From Chara braunii (lineage: Eukaryota > Plantae > Charophyceae), in assembly GCA_003427395.1 (NCBI GenBank), contig BFEA01000004.1, positions 3,690,334-3,754,333 on the forward strand: a DNA stretch of 64,000 nucleotides, written 5' to 3'. Below the pieces are notes generated by a model, which did no database searches, was not told where the DNA came from, and saw only the letters and a program-made list of their open reading frames with translations. Position 1 is the stretch's first letter. Each line of letters opens with the position of its first letter. Positions 1 to 12,400 of this stretch are shown here, one piece after another. The position numbers and the translations under genes were made by a program.

Positions 1-592
1 TGCCTGGTCGATGTTGGCTGGAGCCGGGGCGGGTCGCTTTGCCATGTGGCCTAGCAGGTGGGGGTTTCTGGGGTGGGTTGTGCCACTCGGTAACCTAGCA
101 GTTAGGGGCATGAGGCCTGGTAGAGATTGGGTATTGGGATATAGGGGTGAGGCAGGTAGGGTTGGGCTGCTGAAAGACCCATAAGGCAGGTGGTTTTTTC
201 ATTCTGAATGCTCCTTTGATCCGAGCTTTGGGGGATAGAGAATTTTAGTGTTCTTGTGTAGATTACACAGTTGTCTTTCTTAGCCGAAGGCGGGTAATGG
301 TCCCGGTATCTCAAGGATTTCTCCATAAATTTCTCAATTTCTCAACAAGATTTTGAATGGGACGCTGGGCCCGGTTCCCAGCACGTGCTGCTCCACACAA
401 ATAGATTGGGTAAAGCACTAGTACCTTTGTCGGTTCGGAAAATAGTGGGCCTCTGACCTTTCAGGAGGCCGAAACGAAACGACGGCCGGAGGCCGCCGAT
501 CAAATTTATCAACGGCAGCCGTTGTTGGGCCCTGCCTCCTAAAAGTTCGGGAGCTGGCAAAAAGTTGTAGAAACCGGACGCCAAAGGTACTA

Positions 593-626
<34 letters not shown>
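1..626 (+). mobile_element. Family B 3' end with an inserted MITE and poly(A)
   Basis: Matches 34070-34416. Poly(A) at 599-626. Confidence 0.6.
414..597. mobile_element. MITE, TTAA-associated family
   Basis: TIRs CACTAGTACCTTTG / CAAAGGTACTAGTG, related to the ACCACCAGTAC family. Confidence 0.65.
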
Positions 627-628
<2 letters not shown>

Positions 629-1340
629 AGAGAAGTTTCAGAATAGTGCAGTCATTGCAGCTATACGCTGCGTGTACGAATCCATCTCTTGTGTGGGCTC
701 ATGCCTGTGCTCAGACTTCACATCGCGCTGCCATAGCAGCCTTCCAAATTCCCCGCCACATATGAAGATGCTGTTTACTACGATGCAGATATAGGGAGCG
801 CACTATTTCAAACCGACCGAGTTTGTCCTTATGACCTTCCTAAAGCTTATCACTTCGGTGGGATGTGGTTTTGTGTTGATTGGTTGTTTTGATTCTCCCT
901 GGATTAATCTGTCTTATTCAAACCTCACAGTGCTGCCTTGTTTGACAGCTCACACCGCATGGAACCGCCACTACAACTATCGTTGGTGCAAGGTGGCGAA
1001 CAAGTGGTGGTGGCATCGGCTGTTGCTGGGGTATCAGGGTGCCTTGCACTTTCCGAAGAACAGTCGCACTGCCAGAGTGCTGCCAGAGAGCTTCCACGTC
1101 CCAATTCCCTACTCCTTCCCCATCTGATGACGAGTCCTAGAAGTAATCTAACCATAATGATGGCCAGAGAGGGTCCTGCCTCTTTTTGAACTTACGAAAA
1201 CTGTGATCATTAGTATACTACCAGACAGAAGAGAAAACGACAGTTGTCCTTATCGGGGCATAGGGTAACTGACTATAACAAGAGGTATGGCTAAGAAAAA
1301 GGACCTCAGAAGGTTACGGACTAGTCTGGAGTGACACACA

Positions 1341-1747
1341 GGTTGGTCTAGAGTCGGCTTAGGTAATGACACTGCATAGGGTAGCTCCATGGAAACATTG
1401 GGATCCAGACTAGACTGTAGTGTAATCCGACCATTATGTAACCCTGATAGGTACTCAGGTTGCTCTAGAGTTGGCTTAGATTAGACACTGCCTAGGGTAG
1501 CTCCGTGGGAACATTCCGTTCCGGACTGGCCCGGGCCTGGACTGGCACACAGGCTGGTCTAGAGTTGGCTTAGGTAAGACACTGCCCAGATAGCTCCGTC
1601 AAAACATTCCGTTCTGGACTAGCCTAGAGTGGTACCCATATCGACCAGAACATACCCCCAAGAGACACCCGGAATGGTCTAGAGTTGGCTTAGGTAAACA
1701 CACTACCTAAGGATGGCTCCGAGGAAACATACGGTTCCAGACTGACC
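1341..1747. repeat. Four ~75 bp imperfect repeats with variable spacers
   Basis: Unit GGTCTAGAGTTGGCTTAGGTAAGACACTGCCTAGGGTAGCTCCGTGGAAACATT...GACT at ~1341, 1458, 1552 and 1672. Confidence 0.8.
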
Positions 1748-2193
1748 TGGGGCTCACAACCCATGACTAATAAACAACTGAGGGTGCAAGGGGGGGTGGG
1801 CCACTGGTTTCTCCTGGCTGGAATCGGCCCTGTGGCGAACTCAATATGAATCAGATAACTAACCACAACGATAACACAACCCCAAATACGGCAATAGTAG
1901 GCTATGCTAGGAACATGTCGCCCAGATAGGGTCAGGGGCTGTCTCGGGTAAGACTTTGGTCAGGGTAGGACCGCTACACACTGCCTAGGGGTGGCCCTAT
2001 TGGAATGCTCGCTGTCTGACCAACCCGGGCCGGTGCTCATAGGAAAAAGTGTATAGGACGATCATGCTTGGCGACTGAAGTAGGTTGGGAAGCAGGGGTT
2101 ACGATAAGGAAGAAGAACAGAGAGGTAGGTTGGGGTGGATCATGAGCATCCCAAAAAAAAAAAAAAAAGAAAGAAAAAAAGAAGAAAAAACTA

Positions 2194-3198
2194 CGGCGCT
2201 GTCAGGGTTACAGTTTGTAATTGCATTTGAAACTGCGTTTCAGCAGTTTGAAACTCGGGCTGGCTTTTTCTAGCAGTTCAGTCAAGCACATGGCTTTTTC
2301 TTTCTTTCTTTTCTTTTNNNNNNNNNNNNNNNNNNNNNNNNNNNNNNNNNNNNNNNNNNNNNNNNNNNNNNNNNNNNNNNNNNNNNNNNNNNNNNNNNNN
2401 NNNNNNNNNNNNNNNNNNNNNNNNNNNNNNNNNNNNNNNNNNNNNNNNNNNNNNNNNNNNNNNNNNNNNNNNNNNNNNNNNNNNNNNNNNNNNNNNNNNN
2501 NNNNNNNNNNNNNNNNNNNNNNNNNNNNNNNNNNNNNNNNNNNNNNNNNNNNNNNNNNNNNNNNNNNNNNNNNNNNNNNNNNNNNNNNNNNNNNNNNNNN
2601 NNNNNNNNNNNNNNNNNNNNNNNNNNNNNNNNNNNNNNNNNNNNNNNNNNNNNNNNNNNNNNNNNNNNNNNNNNNNNNNNNNNNNNNNNNNNNNNNNNNN
2701 NNNCAGGCAAACGCGAAGTCTCAAGAGTAGACTACTCCGAAGAAGTGGGGGGCACAGGCCAAAAAAAAGGAAAAAGAAAAAGAAGAAATAAAAAAGTAAA
2801 GAAACGAGGAACTTCGAATCCACCTACGTCCGGAAGGCCCTCAGGTCACCAGTGCTTTGAGGAATGTATCTGGCCAGAAAGTGAGGAACATGAAACAGGT
2901 CGTTTTCCTTTTTTGTTTCTTGTTGTGAGGTCCCTGTAGCGCCCTGCCAACCAGGCAGGGCGGATTCCACGCTGCATTCAGTTCCAGACAAGTACTGTAG
3001 CATCCTGTATCGGACCGCAATCAAAGTATAAGGGATGTTTTTTTTTTTTTTTTGGTTTATCTGCTGTTCGTGGATAGACGAGGGCCCGGACTGAACTGCA
3101 TAAGGCCGAGTTTCAAATGCAATTGAATCTCGGGCCCTGACGAAACTGCTAAAACGCAGTTTCGAATGCAATTACAAACTGTTTTCGTGACTGCGCTG
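2194..3198. mobile_element. Non-autonomous Tc1/mariner-like element
   Basis: ~60 bp imperfect TIRs (C[A/G]GCGC...ACAGTTTGTAATTGCATT[T/C]GAAACTGCGTTT) with TA on both sides. Spans a gap. Confidence 0.7.
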
Positions 3199-3399
3199 TA
3201 GTTACCTCAAAAAGGAAATGAATGTCAATACCAAAGAACAAGAACATTTAAATACAGACATTGCCTGCGCACCACCCAAGGGTTGTCCATGGTGTTGTAT
3301 GTCGGGTCTTGATACTGCCTGGGTTGCTTGTGGCTGTTGCTCATGGTTGTTCTGTTGATCTCCCCAGTCTGGCATGTCACACACAGGGGCCGTTTGTGA

Positions 3400-4213
3400 T
3401 TGTCGCTCGAATGGTAGAGTCTTCAGGTCACATGTCATAGATCACGGTTTCGAGTCTGGCTTGGGACGTTGGGGGTGGTTCTTGTCCAGCTTTGCCTGTC
3501 ATCTCTTCACACGAACACATAGGTCCCTCTACATAGTACTGCACATATCTGGCCTTCGGGCACATACATCTCGCTATACAGTTACACAGAGCACAATAGC
3601 CTTCGGGCAGACACAAAACACATGGCCCTATGGGCTCACACAAACATACATAGCCTCTGCGCACACACACATACACACAACTACGATACTGGGCTGGGGG
3701 GGTCTATCAGGTATATGACGGGATCTACTCATGCATGGCTTAGCTCTAGGGTAGGGTAGGGACATAAGTCGCTCCGGCTAGTCTCAGTTCCGCCTAGCCT
3801 TGGGTAAGCTAGGGGAAGGACGGTAGGATGTGTCCGCGGGAGCTGGCATGCCTTGCTTAGGTAGTCCTGCTGGGTAGACTCTCTGAATTGGGCCTGTAGA
3901 GGATTGCACGAGCCTGACGTCCGAAGTTCCCGTACGGCAAGGTTCATCCGCTTCCGTTTCCACGAGGGCTGGGAGGTTGGCCCACCCTTGGTGCTTGTCA
4001 CTGCTGTCTGGTCCAAGTTGCCCTCAATACTGGTAGGGTGATGGTCCTGAGTGCTGGTCACACTGAGGTAGGATAGTAGGGGCAGGGGGTGCGCTGGGAG
4101 TATTAATGTGGGGATGGGTACGGTAGGTGGCCTATCCTGTCAGGACAACCATTGGCTGCCGCTACCAGCAATCACCGCGGGTCTGGTCCTTGGCCTCCAC
4201 AACACCCTAGGCT

Positions 4214-4247
<34 letters not shown>
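3400..4247 (+). mobile_element. Poly(A)-tailed repeat, family A, copy 1
   Basis: Ends GGCCTCCACAACACCCTAGGCTC followed by a long A run. Homologous to 4755-5411 and 36400-36720; shares the terminus with 59860. Confidence 0.7.
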
Positions 4248-4249
<2 letters not shown>

Positions 4250-4725
4250 TGCTGTGAACAACAGCTGCATCAGGGGGGTATGCCCAGCTATCATAGGTTA
4301 GACCTTGGCCATTTGACACTACCTGTGGGAGCTCAGGGAGAATGCCCTCTCAGATATAGAGGGACCCAAGTACTTGGCGTTTGGGGGCGCTTAGGGTGTA
4401 CTTACAGGGCCTGCAGGGAGAATGCTTATGCCTAGCACCCGAAGTACCCATACGATGGGGTTCATTCAAATATGCTTTAACCAGGGTTGAAGGGGGCTCC
4501 TGCTTAGTACTGGGGCTTGTAACTGCTGTCAGGTCAGGTAACCCCACGAAGATGGTAGAAGGGTGACTACCCTGAGTGGTAGCCACCGAGGTAGGACCGA
4601 GGGAGTGGAGTTGCCGTGAGGGAGTTCAGGAACGACGTTTTTTTAACTCCTGAGCACCCCCCCTTACATATATGACTCTGAACCCGGTTTCCAGCAGATG
4701 CTGCTCCCCAGCAATGGAAAGGAGC

Positions 4726-5411
4726 TTTTTTTTTTTTTTTTTTTTTTTTTCAAAAGCCCAGGGTGTTGTAGAGGCCAAGGACCAGACCCCCGGTGATTGC
4801 TAGTAGCGGCAGCCAATGGTGGTCCTGACAGGATAGGCCACCTACCCTACCCATCACCACGTTAATACTCCCAGCGCACCCCCTGTCCCAACTATCCTAC
4901 CTCAGTGTGACCAGCACTCAGGACCATCACCCTACCAGTATTGAGGGCAACTTGGACCAGACAGCAGTGACAAGCACCCAGGCTGGCCCAACCTCCAAGC
5001 CCTGATGGAAGCGGAAGCGGACGAACCTTGCCGTACAGGAACTTCGGATGCCAGGCTCATGCAATCTTCTACAGGCCCCATTCAGAGAGTCTACCCAGCA
5101 GGATTACCTAAGCAAGGCAGGCCAGCGCCCGCAGACACATCCTACCGTCCTTCCCCTAGCCTACCCAAGGCTAGGTGGAGCTCAGACTAGCCGGAGCGAC
5201 TTATATCCCTACCCCTACCCTAGAGCTAATCCATGCGTGAGTAGACCCCGTCATATACCTGATAGACCCCATCGGCCCAGTATCGTAGTTGTGTGTATGT
5301 GTGTATGCCCAGAGGCTATGTATGTTTGTATGAGCCCATAGGGCCATGTGTTTTGTATCTGCCCGAAGGCTATGTGTGCTTTGTGTAACTGTATAGCGAG
5401 ATGTATGTGCC
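4726..5411 (-). mobile_element. Family A, copy 2 (inverted relative to copy 1)
   Basis: Poly(T), then the reverse complement of 3559-4215. Runs into an N gap. Confidence 0.75.
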
Positions 5412-6168
5412 NNNNNNNNNNNNNNNNNNNNNNNNNNNNNNNNNNNNNNNNNNNNNNNNNNNNNNNNNNNNNNNNNNNNNNNNNNNNNNNNNNNNNNNNN
5501 NNNNNNNNNNNNNNNNNNNNNNNNNNNNNNNNNNNNNNNNNNNNNNNNNNNNNNNNNNNNNNNNNNNNNNNNNNNNNNNNNNNNNNNNNNNNNNNNNNNN
5601 NNNNNNNNNNNNNNNNNNNNNNNNNNNNNNNNNNNNNNNNNNNNNNNNNNNNNNNNNNNNNNNNNNNNNNNNNNNNNNNNNNNNNNNNNNNNNNNNNNNN
5701 NNNNNNNNNNNNNNNNNNNNNNNNNNNNNNNNNNNNNNNNNNNNNNNNNNNNNNNNNNNNNNNNNNNNNNNNNNNNNNNNNNNNNNNNNNNNNNNNNNNN
5801 NNNNNNNNNNNNNNNNNNNNNNNNNNNNNNNNNNNNNNNNNNNNNNNNNNNNNNNNNNNNNNNNNNNNNNNNNNNNNNNNNNNNNNNNNNNNNNNNNNNN
5901 NNNNNNNNNNNNNNNNNNNNNNNNNNNNNNNNNNNNNNNNNNNNNNNNNNNNNNNNNNNNNNNNNNNNNNNNNNNNNNNNNNNNNNNNNNNNNNNNNNNN
6001 NNNNNNNNNNNNNNNNNNNNNNNNNNNNNNNNNNNNNNNNNNNNNNNNNNNNNNNNNNNNNNNNNNNNNNNNNNNNNNNNNNNNNNNNNNNNNNNNNNNN
6101 NNNNNNNNNNNNNNNNNNNNNNNNNNNNNNNNNNNNNNNNNNNNNNNNNNNNNNNNNNNNNNNNAAGA

Positions 6169-6313
6169 GGAGTCAAGTTATAATTACACAATGGGCCAAG
6201 ATACAGTTTGCAATTACGCTTCGGGCACCCTACCTGGCCAGAAAGCTGGGTTGTATACATTGCCAGAACTGCAATTGCAACTGTATCTTGGCCCATACTG
6301 CAATTATTACTCC
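6169..6313. mobile_element. Small foldback element / MITE
   Basis: Inverted arms ATGGGCCAAGATACAGTT / AACTGTATCTTGGCCCAT. Confidence 0.55.
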
Positions 6314-6575
6314 TTTTTGTGACTCCCGTGTAGTTCCCCCCCCCAAAAAAAAGAAGAAGAAGAAGGGAAAAAAGAGTCCTTAGTGCTTTCCACACCTCCT
6401 TAGGGCATAGACTAGGGATTTATTTGATGCATGTGCGAGGAGTTCTGGGCGCGTACAGTTGGGAAAGTGTACGTGTGAGTATGCTCATAGTGACTTTTCC
6501 CCCATCATTCTGTTTCATTTCCTTTCATTTGAAACCTCACCAAGGCCTGCACGAAGTTCTTGAAGTTTCAACTAA

Positions 6576-7545
6576 GGGGTGGACCCCACTGGCCGGCAGC
6601 TGGAAACTGGTGTTGGCCACAAAAAACGGCCGACCATGGTTGGAAAAAACTTGACGCATTTTGAAGGGACCCCACCGCAGACCGATAGTTTCGGGACTGG
6701 AAAAGGCATGGCATACACGAATAGGAAACCGCAGGAAACCGCCGAAGGGTGTTTCCTGAAAGGCAAGTTGGGCGGGTGCTGTGGACCATGGCCTGGTACC
6801 GCGCTGCTCCAGGACAAGTCCGTGTGTGGCCGTGCATGACCCGGTGTGGCGGGTTCCGCACAAGTGCCGTGCGTTGCTGTGTGGCCCGAGCGGGTCCGCT
6901 CAGGCAACGGGAAATTACCGTTGGAGGCGTGGGTGGATGTCCCTCCCTGCCGTTGGTGGGAGGTGCCGTCCGAACCATTGGTAGCCGGAGTGCACTGAGC
7001 ACAGGAGCACCGACGGAGAGCCATCGCCGGGGACGAAGGAGGACGGTTTGGTCAGTAGCATGGGTTCGTGAAGGTTGTGCGGTCGACAGGGCCAGAACAG
7101 GCAGTGTACAGGGGTTGACGACGTCGCCGTCACGGTATCGGAATCGCCATGGATCCACAGACCGGCGGGCCCTTGGGAATACCGTGCGACACCACGGGAA
7201 AATACGAATGTCCACCACGGCCTCCGGGTACACAGAACGGTCCACGGCGAGGGTGCATGGTCCACGCCGTGAAGCCCGCGTCTGGAAACTGATGGACATT
7301 CCCCCCCCCCTGCTCAACTGGCCGCCTCCTTGGAAAGGGTCTGGAAACCGGTCGGCATCGAATTTCCAGACCGCGGACCACGTAGAGACGCCCCGTCACC
7401 ATTTCCACAACCTCTTTCCAAACGCAATGGGGTCTGGAATTCCTTTCCGGGCCGGCTTTCCACACCGGTTTCCAGACCCAGTGGGGTCTGGAAAACACCC
7501 CGGCGCCCAAACTTTTCCAGGCCGCCGGCCAGTGGGGTCCACACC
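6576..7545. mobile_element. PIF/Harbinger-type non-autonomous element
   Basis: TAA|GGGGTGGACCCCACTGGCCGGC...GCCGGCCAGTGGGGTCCACACC|TAA. 3-bp TAA TSD, with subterminal tctggaaa/tttccaga repeats. Confidence 0.8.
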
Positions 7546-7671
7546 TAAATCTGGCTGTAGTTCAGGAAACAGACCCATGATGTGGAGTTCACCCCTCAGT
7601 GAAGGCCTGTCCATGCCATGCTGATTTAGAGACATGACAGGGAAAGTATGAGTCGGACTGTGCCGCATTGT

Positions 7672-9480
7672 CTTTTTTTTTTTCTTTTTTTTTTTAACAA
7701 CCCGAATGGATGCTAGGGGTGCTGGTAAGAGCAGACACAGCTAGCATTCCCGGGGAGGCTCCATCTATTGGTAGGGAGCAGCACCTGCTGGAAAGCGGGT
7801 CCAGCATCCCTGAACATTGTATCATTGTATCAGTTTATTTGAACAGACATATAGTTGTGATGATAGATAGCTGCAGTGCTCAACTACCAAGTACTGAAGT
7901 TAGGGAGGTAGAGCTTACAATGTTGCCTGATTGACTTGCCTACCTAACAACCTACATTGAGTCTGAATTTAGTGGTAGTATACACAAATCACATATGTAC
8001 TCCTGAGGGAGTTGGAGACAGATCTCCCCAATTTTCTAAACAAGAGTCCCTTTCCTGTTCCTACGTTGGAGTCTAGTGTTTGGAGCATTTGTAGTGTTGG
8101 AACCCACTTGGGCCATGACATATTGTGGCTGCTGAAACAATTTGCTGCCCCTGCCCGAACCTCCGTCTTTTGTCTGTCTTGAAGCCAGGGTTCCTTNNNN
8201 NNNNNNNNNNNNNNNNNNNNNNNNNNNNNNNNNNNNNNNNNNNNNNNNNNNNNNNNNNNNNNNNNNCTTGGGCCATGACATATTGTGGCTGTTAGAACCA
8301 TTTGCTGCCCCTGCCCCAGCCATTGTCTTTTGTCTGTCTTGAAGCCAGGGTTCCTTCGTCCTTGGTCACCTTCTTGCCAGTATCAATCATCCTGACTCAT
8401 TCCGGCCCCCTCTCCTATCGGGGGATTCCCGTTTCTTCTTCTGACCTGAGTCACAGTCACTGATGATGTCAGGGGACGGATGAGGTGAGGGAGACCCGAG
8501 AGAGGGTTGAGGAGGAGGGGGGGGGATTGACGGGCGAGGGCGGCCGGGGAGGAGATGGCCGGGGCGGTGGTGGTGGCTGGGGGGGTGGGGGTGGTGACTG
8601 TGGCTGTCTGTGAGGGGACCGGTGGGACCGGGGGGGACCAAACTGGTCGTCAGGTACTAGCACAAGGCTTGTCTGGAGGAAGGGGACTTCAAAATCAGCA
8701 AGGGATTTTCGTTGCCAGGATGGTTCCAATGTCCTCCACGGTTTCCATCGTACGTTGTGGGCAGCGTCCAACTCAGAAAACAGTTTGGCCGGGTCCTGCC
8801 ATAGTGGATTGTAGGATTACCGGATGGCTTCTTTGGCTGCAGGTTCCTTTTCCTCCCGATAATCCTTGATAAAGATTTTCCAGGCCTCCTGGGTTCTTGT
8901 TTGGATCAGGTCTTCTATGGCTTGTTGTGCTTGCTGCAACCCAAATTGGTGGCTTTTCCTTTGAAAAGAACATCTAGCTCTCCAAGCCAGCATGAGTACC
9001 TGCAGTCTCATAGAAGAGAGGAGGTTGGTGGCATAGGGAGACCGTTGTGCCATCAGATGTCGGTTCTTGTCAAGCAACAGGAGGCCAATGTCCCATGGGA
9101 TGTGGCAGCCTGTAAGGGAGTGGAAAGCTGCATCCCACCACCTCCACAATTGGGTGACCATTGGACAGGCCAGCAGGCAATGCTCCAGTGCTGCCCGAGT
9201 CGGAGGCGATGAACTGCCATAGTAAGTGCATATGGGGGGCAACAGCCCCTTCTGTTTATGGTATGTTATTGACACTAGCCAGTATGGAGTGGGCAAGCAG
9301 CGGTGGAGGATTTGCCATTGCAGGGCTTTGAGATTCGTAGGCATGATCTTGGAGTACTTGGCCCAAGCCAAACCCTCCAACTGCGAGTCCATAGGTGAGT
9401 CACGCGCCCATCTGCTAGATAGTGTGTGGTCGATTGCCACTAGTGGGCTGGGGGCTTTGTATCCCCCTTTGACAGAGTAG
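7672..9480 (-). mobile_element. 5'-truncated L1/Tx1-clade LINE (zf-RVT C-terminus, 3' UTR, poly(A))
   Basis: ORF 8817..9440 has LQWQILHRCLPT...ICTYY...LEHCLLACPMVTQLW, the zf-RVT signature. Poly(T) at 7672-7695 is the tail on the minus strand. ~90 bp repeats at 8108-8356 span a gap. Confidence 0.85.
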
Positions 9481-12400
9481 TCCGGTACAGAAGTTAGAGC
9501 GACCCGGGCTCAACACCGAGAAAAGGCCCAGCATTACATGGATTTGATGGCTAGGACCTACCCCACGTTAGCCCGACGGCGACAAAGGGCTGTGGATTTG
9601 ACGCACCAGTGGCAGATCAAAGATTACGAGAACCGGCATGCCTCCGCCGGTCCGCTGCCCCGCTATAAGATCGGGGATCTAGTGCAGGTACAGAAATCTG
9701 CGCGCTCCTCCAAGATCTACCCTCGCTATACTGACATTTACGAGGTGATGGAAGTTGGCGCGCAAGGACAGCACTCCGTGAAACTTATTCCCCGCCACTG
9801 CGCACAGGTCAGGCCGCTGACTCGCCACGCTGCTGCCCTTCGTCCATTCCAGCCATTGCTGGATCACGAGCGGGCTCAGGCCCCGTCCCAACTTTCTCCC
9901 TCTGCTTCCTCGTCCTCACTTGCTTCTTCTTCTTCCTCCTTCCAATCCACTTCGTCATTTGAGGTTGAGGACTTAATCGCGCAGGATGAGCCAGCACCAG
10001 CAGAGTGGCAGCAGGGGAATAAGCCAGTTGAGCATTTCCAAACGTCGATCGCGGATCACTTATTGAGCATCGATTCAATGATGATCGGCAGTTGCGGTAC
10101 GACGTCCAGCAGGTGAACGTGCCTGGGCCCAACATTGCAGATCTCGCCACGTACTCGCTCTTGAGTAAACAGGTGACCTGCGTGGGGGTGTACGTAGACA
10201 TTACGCAGCTGCCTGGCTAGGAAACCACCAGGATATTCATCGAGTTCCGCGCGCACCAGGTGGCCGTCAATTTTGCTCACAGCGTCACTACGTTCATCAG
10301 CGATCGGACGCCCCTGGACGATCGATACCTCGAACTGGTGTGGAACTTCCTGCGAAAGTACACAGCGCAAGTGACGAGATCGGTGGCGCGAGCGCAAGGA
10401 AGGGGCCATCGATTCATGTCATATTACGCGTTGTTGTGACGGACACCAGACGGACCGCTGACACTTGTGCGCCAGTTGCCCTCGCTTTTCCACCCCGCTG
10501 ATCCTCTAAACATCCAAGCCATTCCCCTTCCCTCATACTAAATGTCTCCCTTCATTTCTTACACCACCCTTTCTTATCAACTCACAGAGAGCCCCCACCC
10601 CATGCGCAACTTCCGCGAGTATCTGGTGGAGCTGGAGGACGTGGAGCCGCTGCCGCAAGCTGAGGAGGACGTGTGGGAATTGCACCGTGCGCTGTATCGA
10701 TCGGTGGTGCTGGGCATGTTTCGGTTTTCCGTGTCGCACGACGATCACAACATTGTCGAGAACCTGCGGGTGTACTACGTCATTTCATGACCCAAACGGA
10801 GAAGAAGGAGGGCACAGTGGCATTATACCCGTTCGGGGAGATCGGGACGAGAAGGTCGGGACTGCTCGAGCTCATTCATATCGAATTGTTGTCTATCGCG
10901 GAAGTGATCACCAACGAAGAAGAGAATCTCCAACTCCACTTGCGAACAGCATCAACTCCGCGACGATCTTACCACGAGGCGATGATACCGGACTATATTG
11001 TGCGGGAGGGGGAAACGGTGGTGAGCATTGTCGACTGGAAGCCGTTGCGGCCTCCCTTATCCTACCCCAAGCCAGTAGCCCTGAGGGCCCTCAGGAAGAC
11101 GCCCAAGAAGAGACGTCGCCAGCCATCGCCGGAGGCGCAAGGAAGTCGGGTGGGACCCGGAGAAGAGGTGGACCAAACCGAGCAGGTGCGGAAGCCATAT
11201 TTCGTTCCGGAGAGCAAGGCAACACCGATCGAGAGACCTCCGTCTGGGGAAGGAGTGGGAACAAGCAGATTTCGGATACGCGGGAGCCCTCCGAAACGAA
11301 CACCATCGCAGCCACTCCTTCCCGATCTCAATCTCGATGGAGACGGCCCGTCAGCACCAGCAGGAGGAGGAGGAGGAGGAGGAGTACCATATCCTGCATC
11401 TAGACCCCCTATCCTCGCAGGACGTTTCTGCTTCCGCCAGCCACCCAAGCGTGCCCCGGTCATTGACCTTAGCAGTTCCTCCAAGTCGGACGGTCCACCC
11501 GACGAATGTCGCGTTCATGGTGGAGCCTGCAACAATCAGGCTCGAAGCAATCAAGGGGGCCCCGCGTCATGATCATGCGTGAGAGCCATATCTGCAACCA
11601 CCTTTTGAGGGATGCATTGAGGCTAGACTTGCAGGAACGCGCATTTACGAGGCCAACCAGCGACCAAATGTAATGTACCATTTCCTCGTCATCGCGGTGC
11701 TCAAGCGGGAGCGGAGGCCGTATACCGAGACCCACTTGGTGATGACGGTTCCCGGGAATCGCACGGTGCGGCGACGGGTTGTACGGGCTATTGCGGATCG
11801 GCGCCACGCGTCTTGGCACACATACCGGGGGTGTTTCTCTACCCCTCCTTCATCTAACACCACTTCAACGAAGTGGAGGCGCCGCCAACTCCAGTTGAGC
11901 TGGCAGCCTTTCTTCCTCCTCTTCCTCCCCCTCTTAATCCCGAGATTGACCATTTCCTCTGATCTTTTTATTCCCCCTGTCTTCTTCTCCTGTTTCTAAT
12001 TACAAAGATCGTGCGGCAAAACACGTTGTGTATAAAAAAATAAAAAAAAATAATAATAATAATAATTTCTATAGCCATATGTTGATCGGGCCAGCTGACG
12101 ATGAAGGGGCCGCCCGATCAGGTGTACAATAGGAGGGGAGATCCATAGCGATGCGGGAGGCATTTAAGTAGAGTAGGTGATGAATTGGGCCAACTAACAA
12201 AGAAGTGGCCGCCTGGATCATCAAGCTAATTAGGAGGCCTATACAGCAGTCAGGAGACTGCTATTTTTTCAGAAACCCATGCGCATCACAAATGTGATAA
12301 GCCAGGCTCCGCACTCGGCAGTTTCCCGTACCCCTAAGGGAAAATCCCATGTAGAACCCCGAAGTGCGGATTCAAGATAATGGGGAAAAGCGGTGTTTCA

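Noticed and set aside
1341-1747. CRISPR array
   Set aside because: Eukaryotic context, repeats too long and divergent, irregular spacers, no cas genes.
2221-6395. ORFs spanning N runs
   Set aside because: Artefacts of assembly gaps.
6568-7624. 249-291 aa ORFs on both strands
   Set aside because: GC-rich interior of a non-autonomous Harbinger-type element; no transposase or Myb motif.
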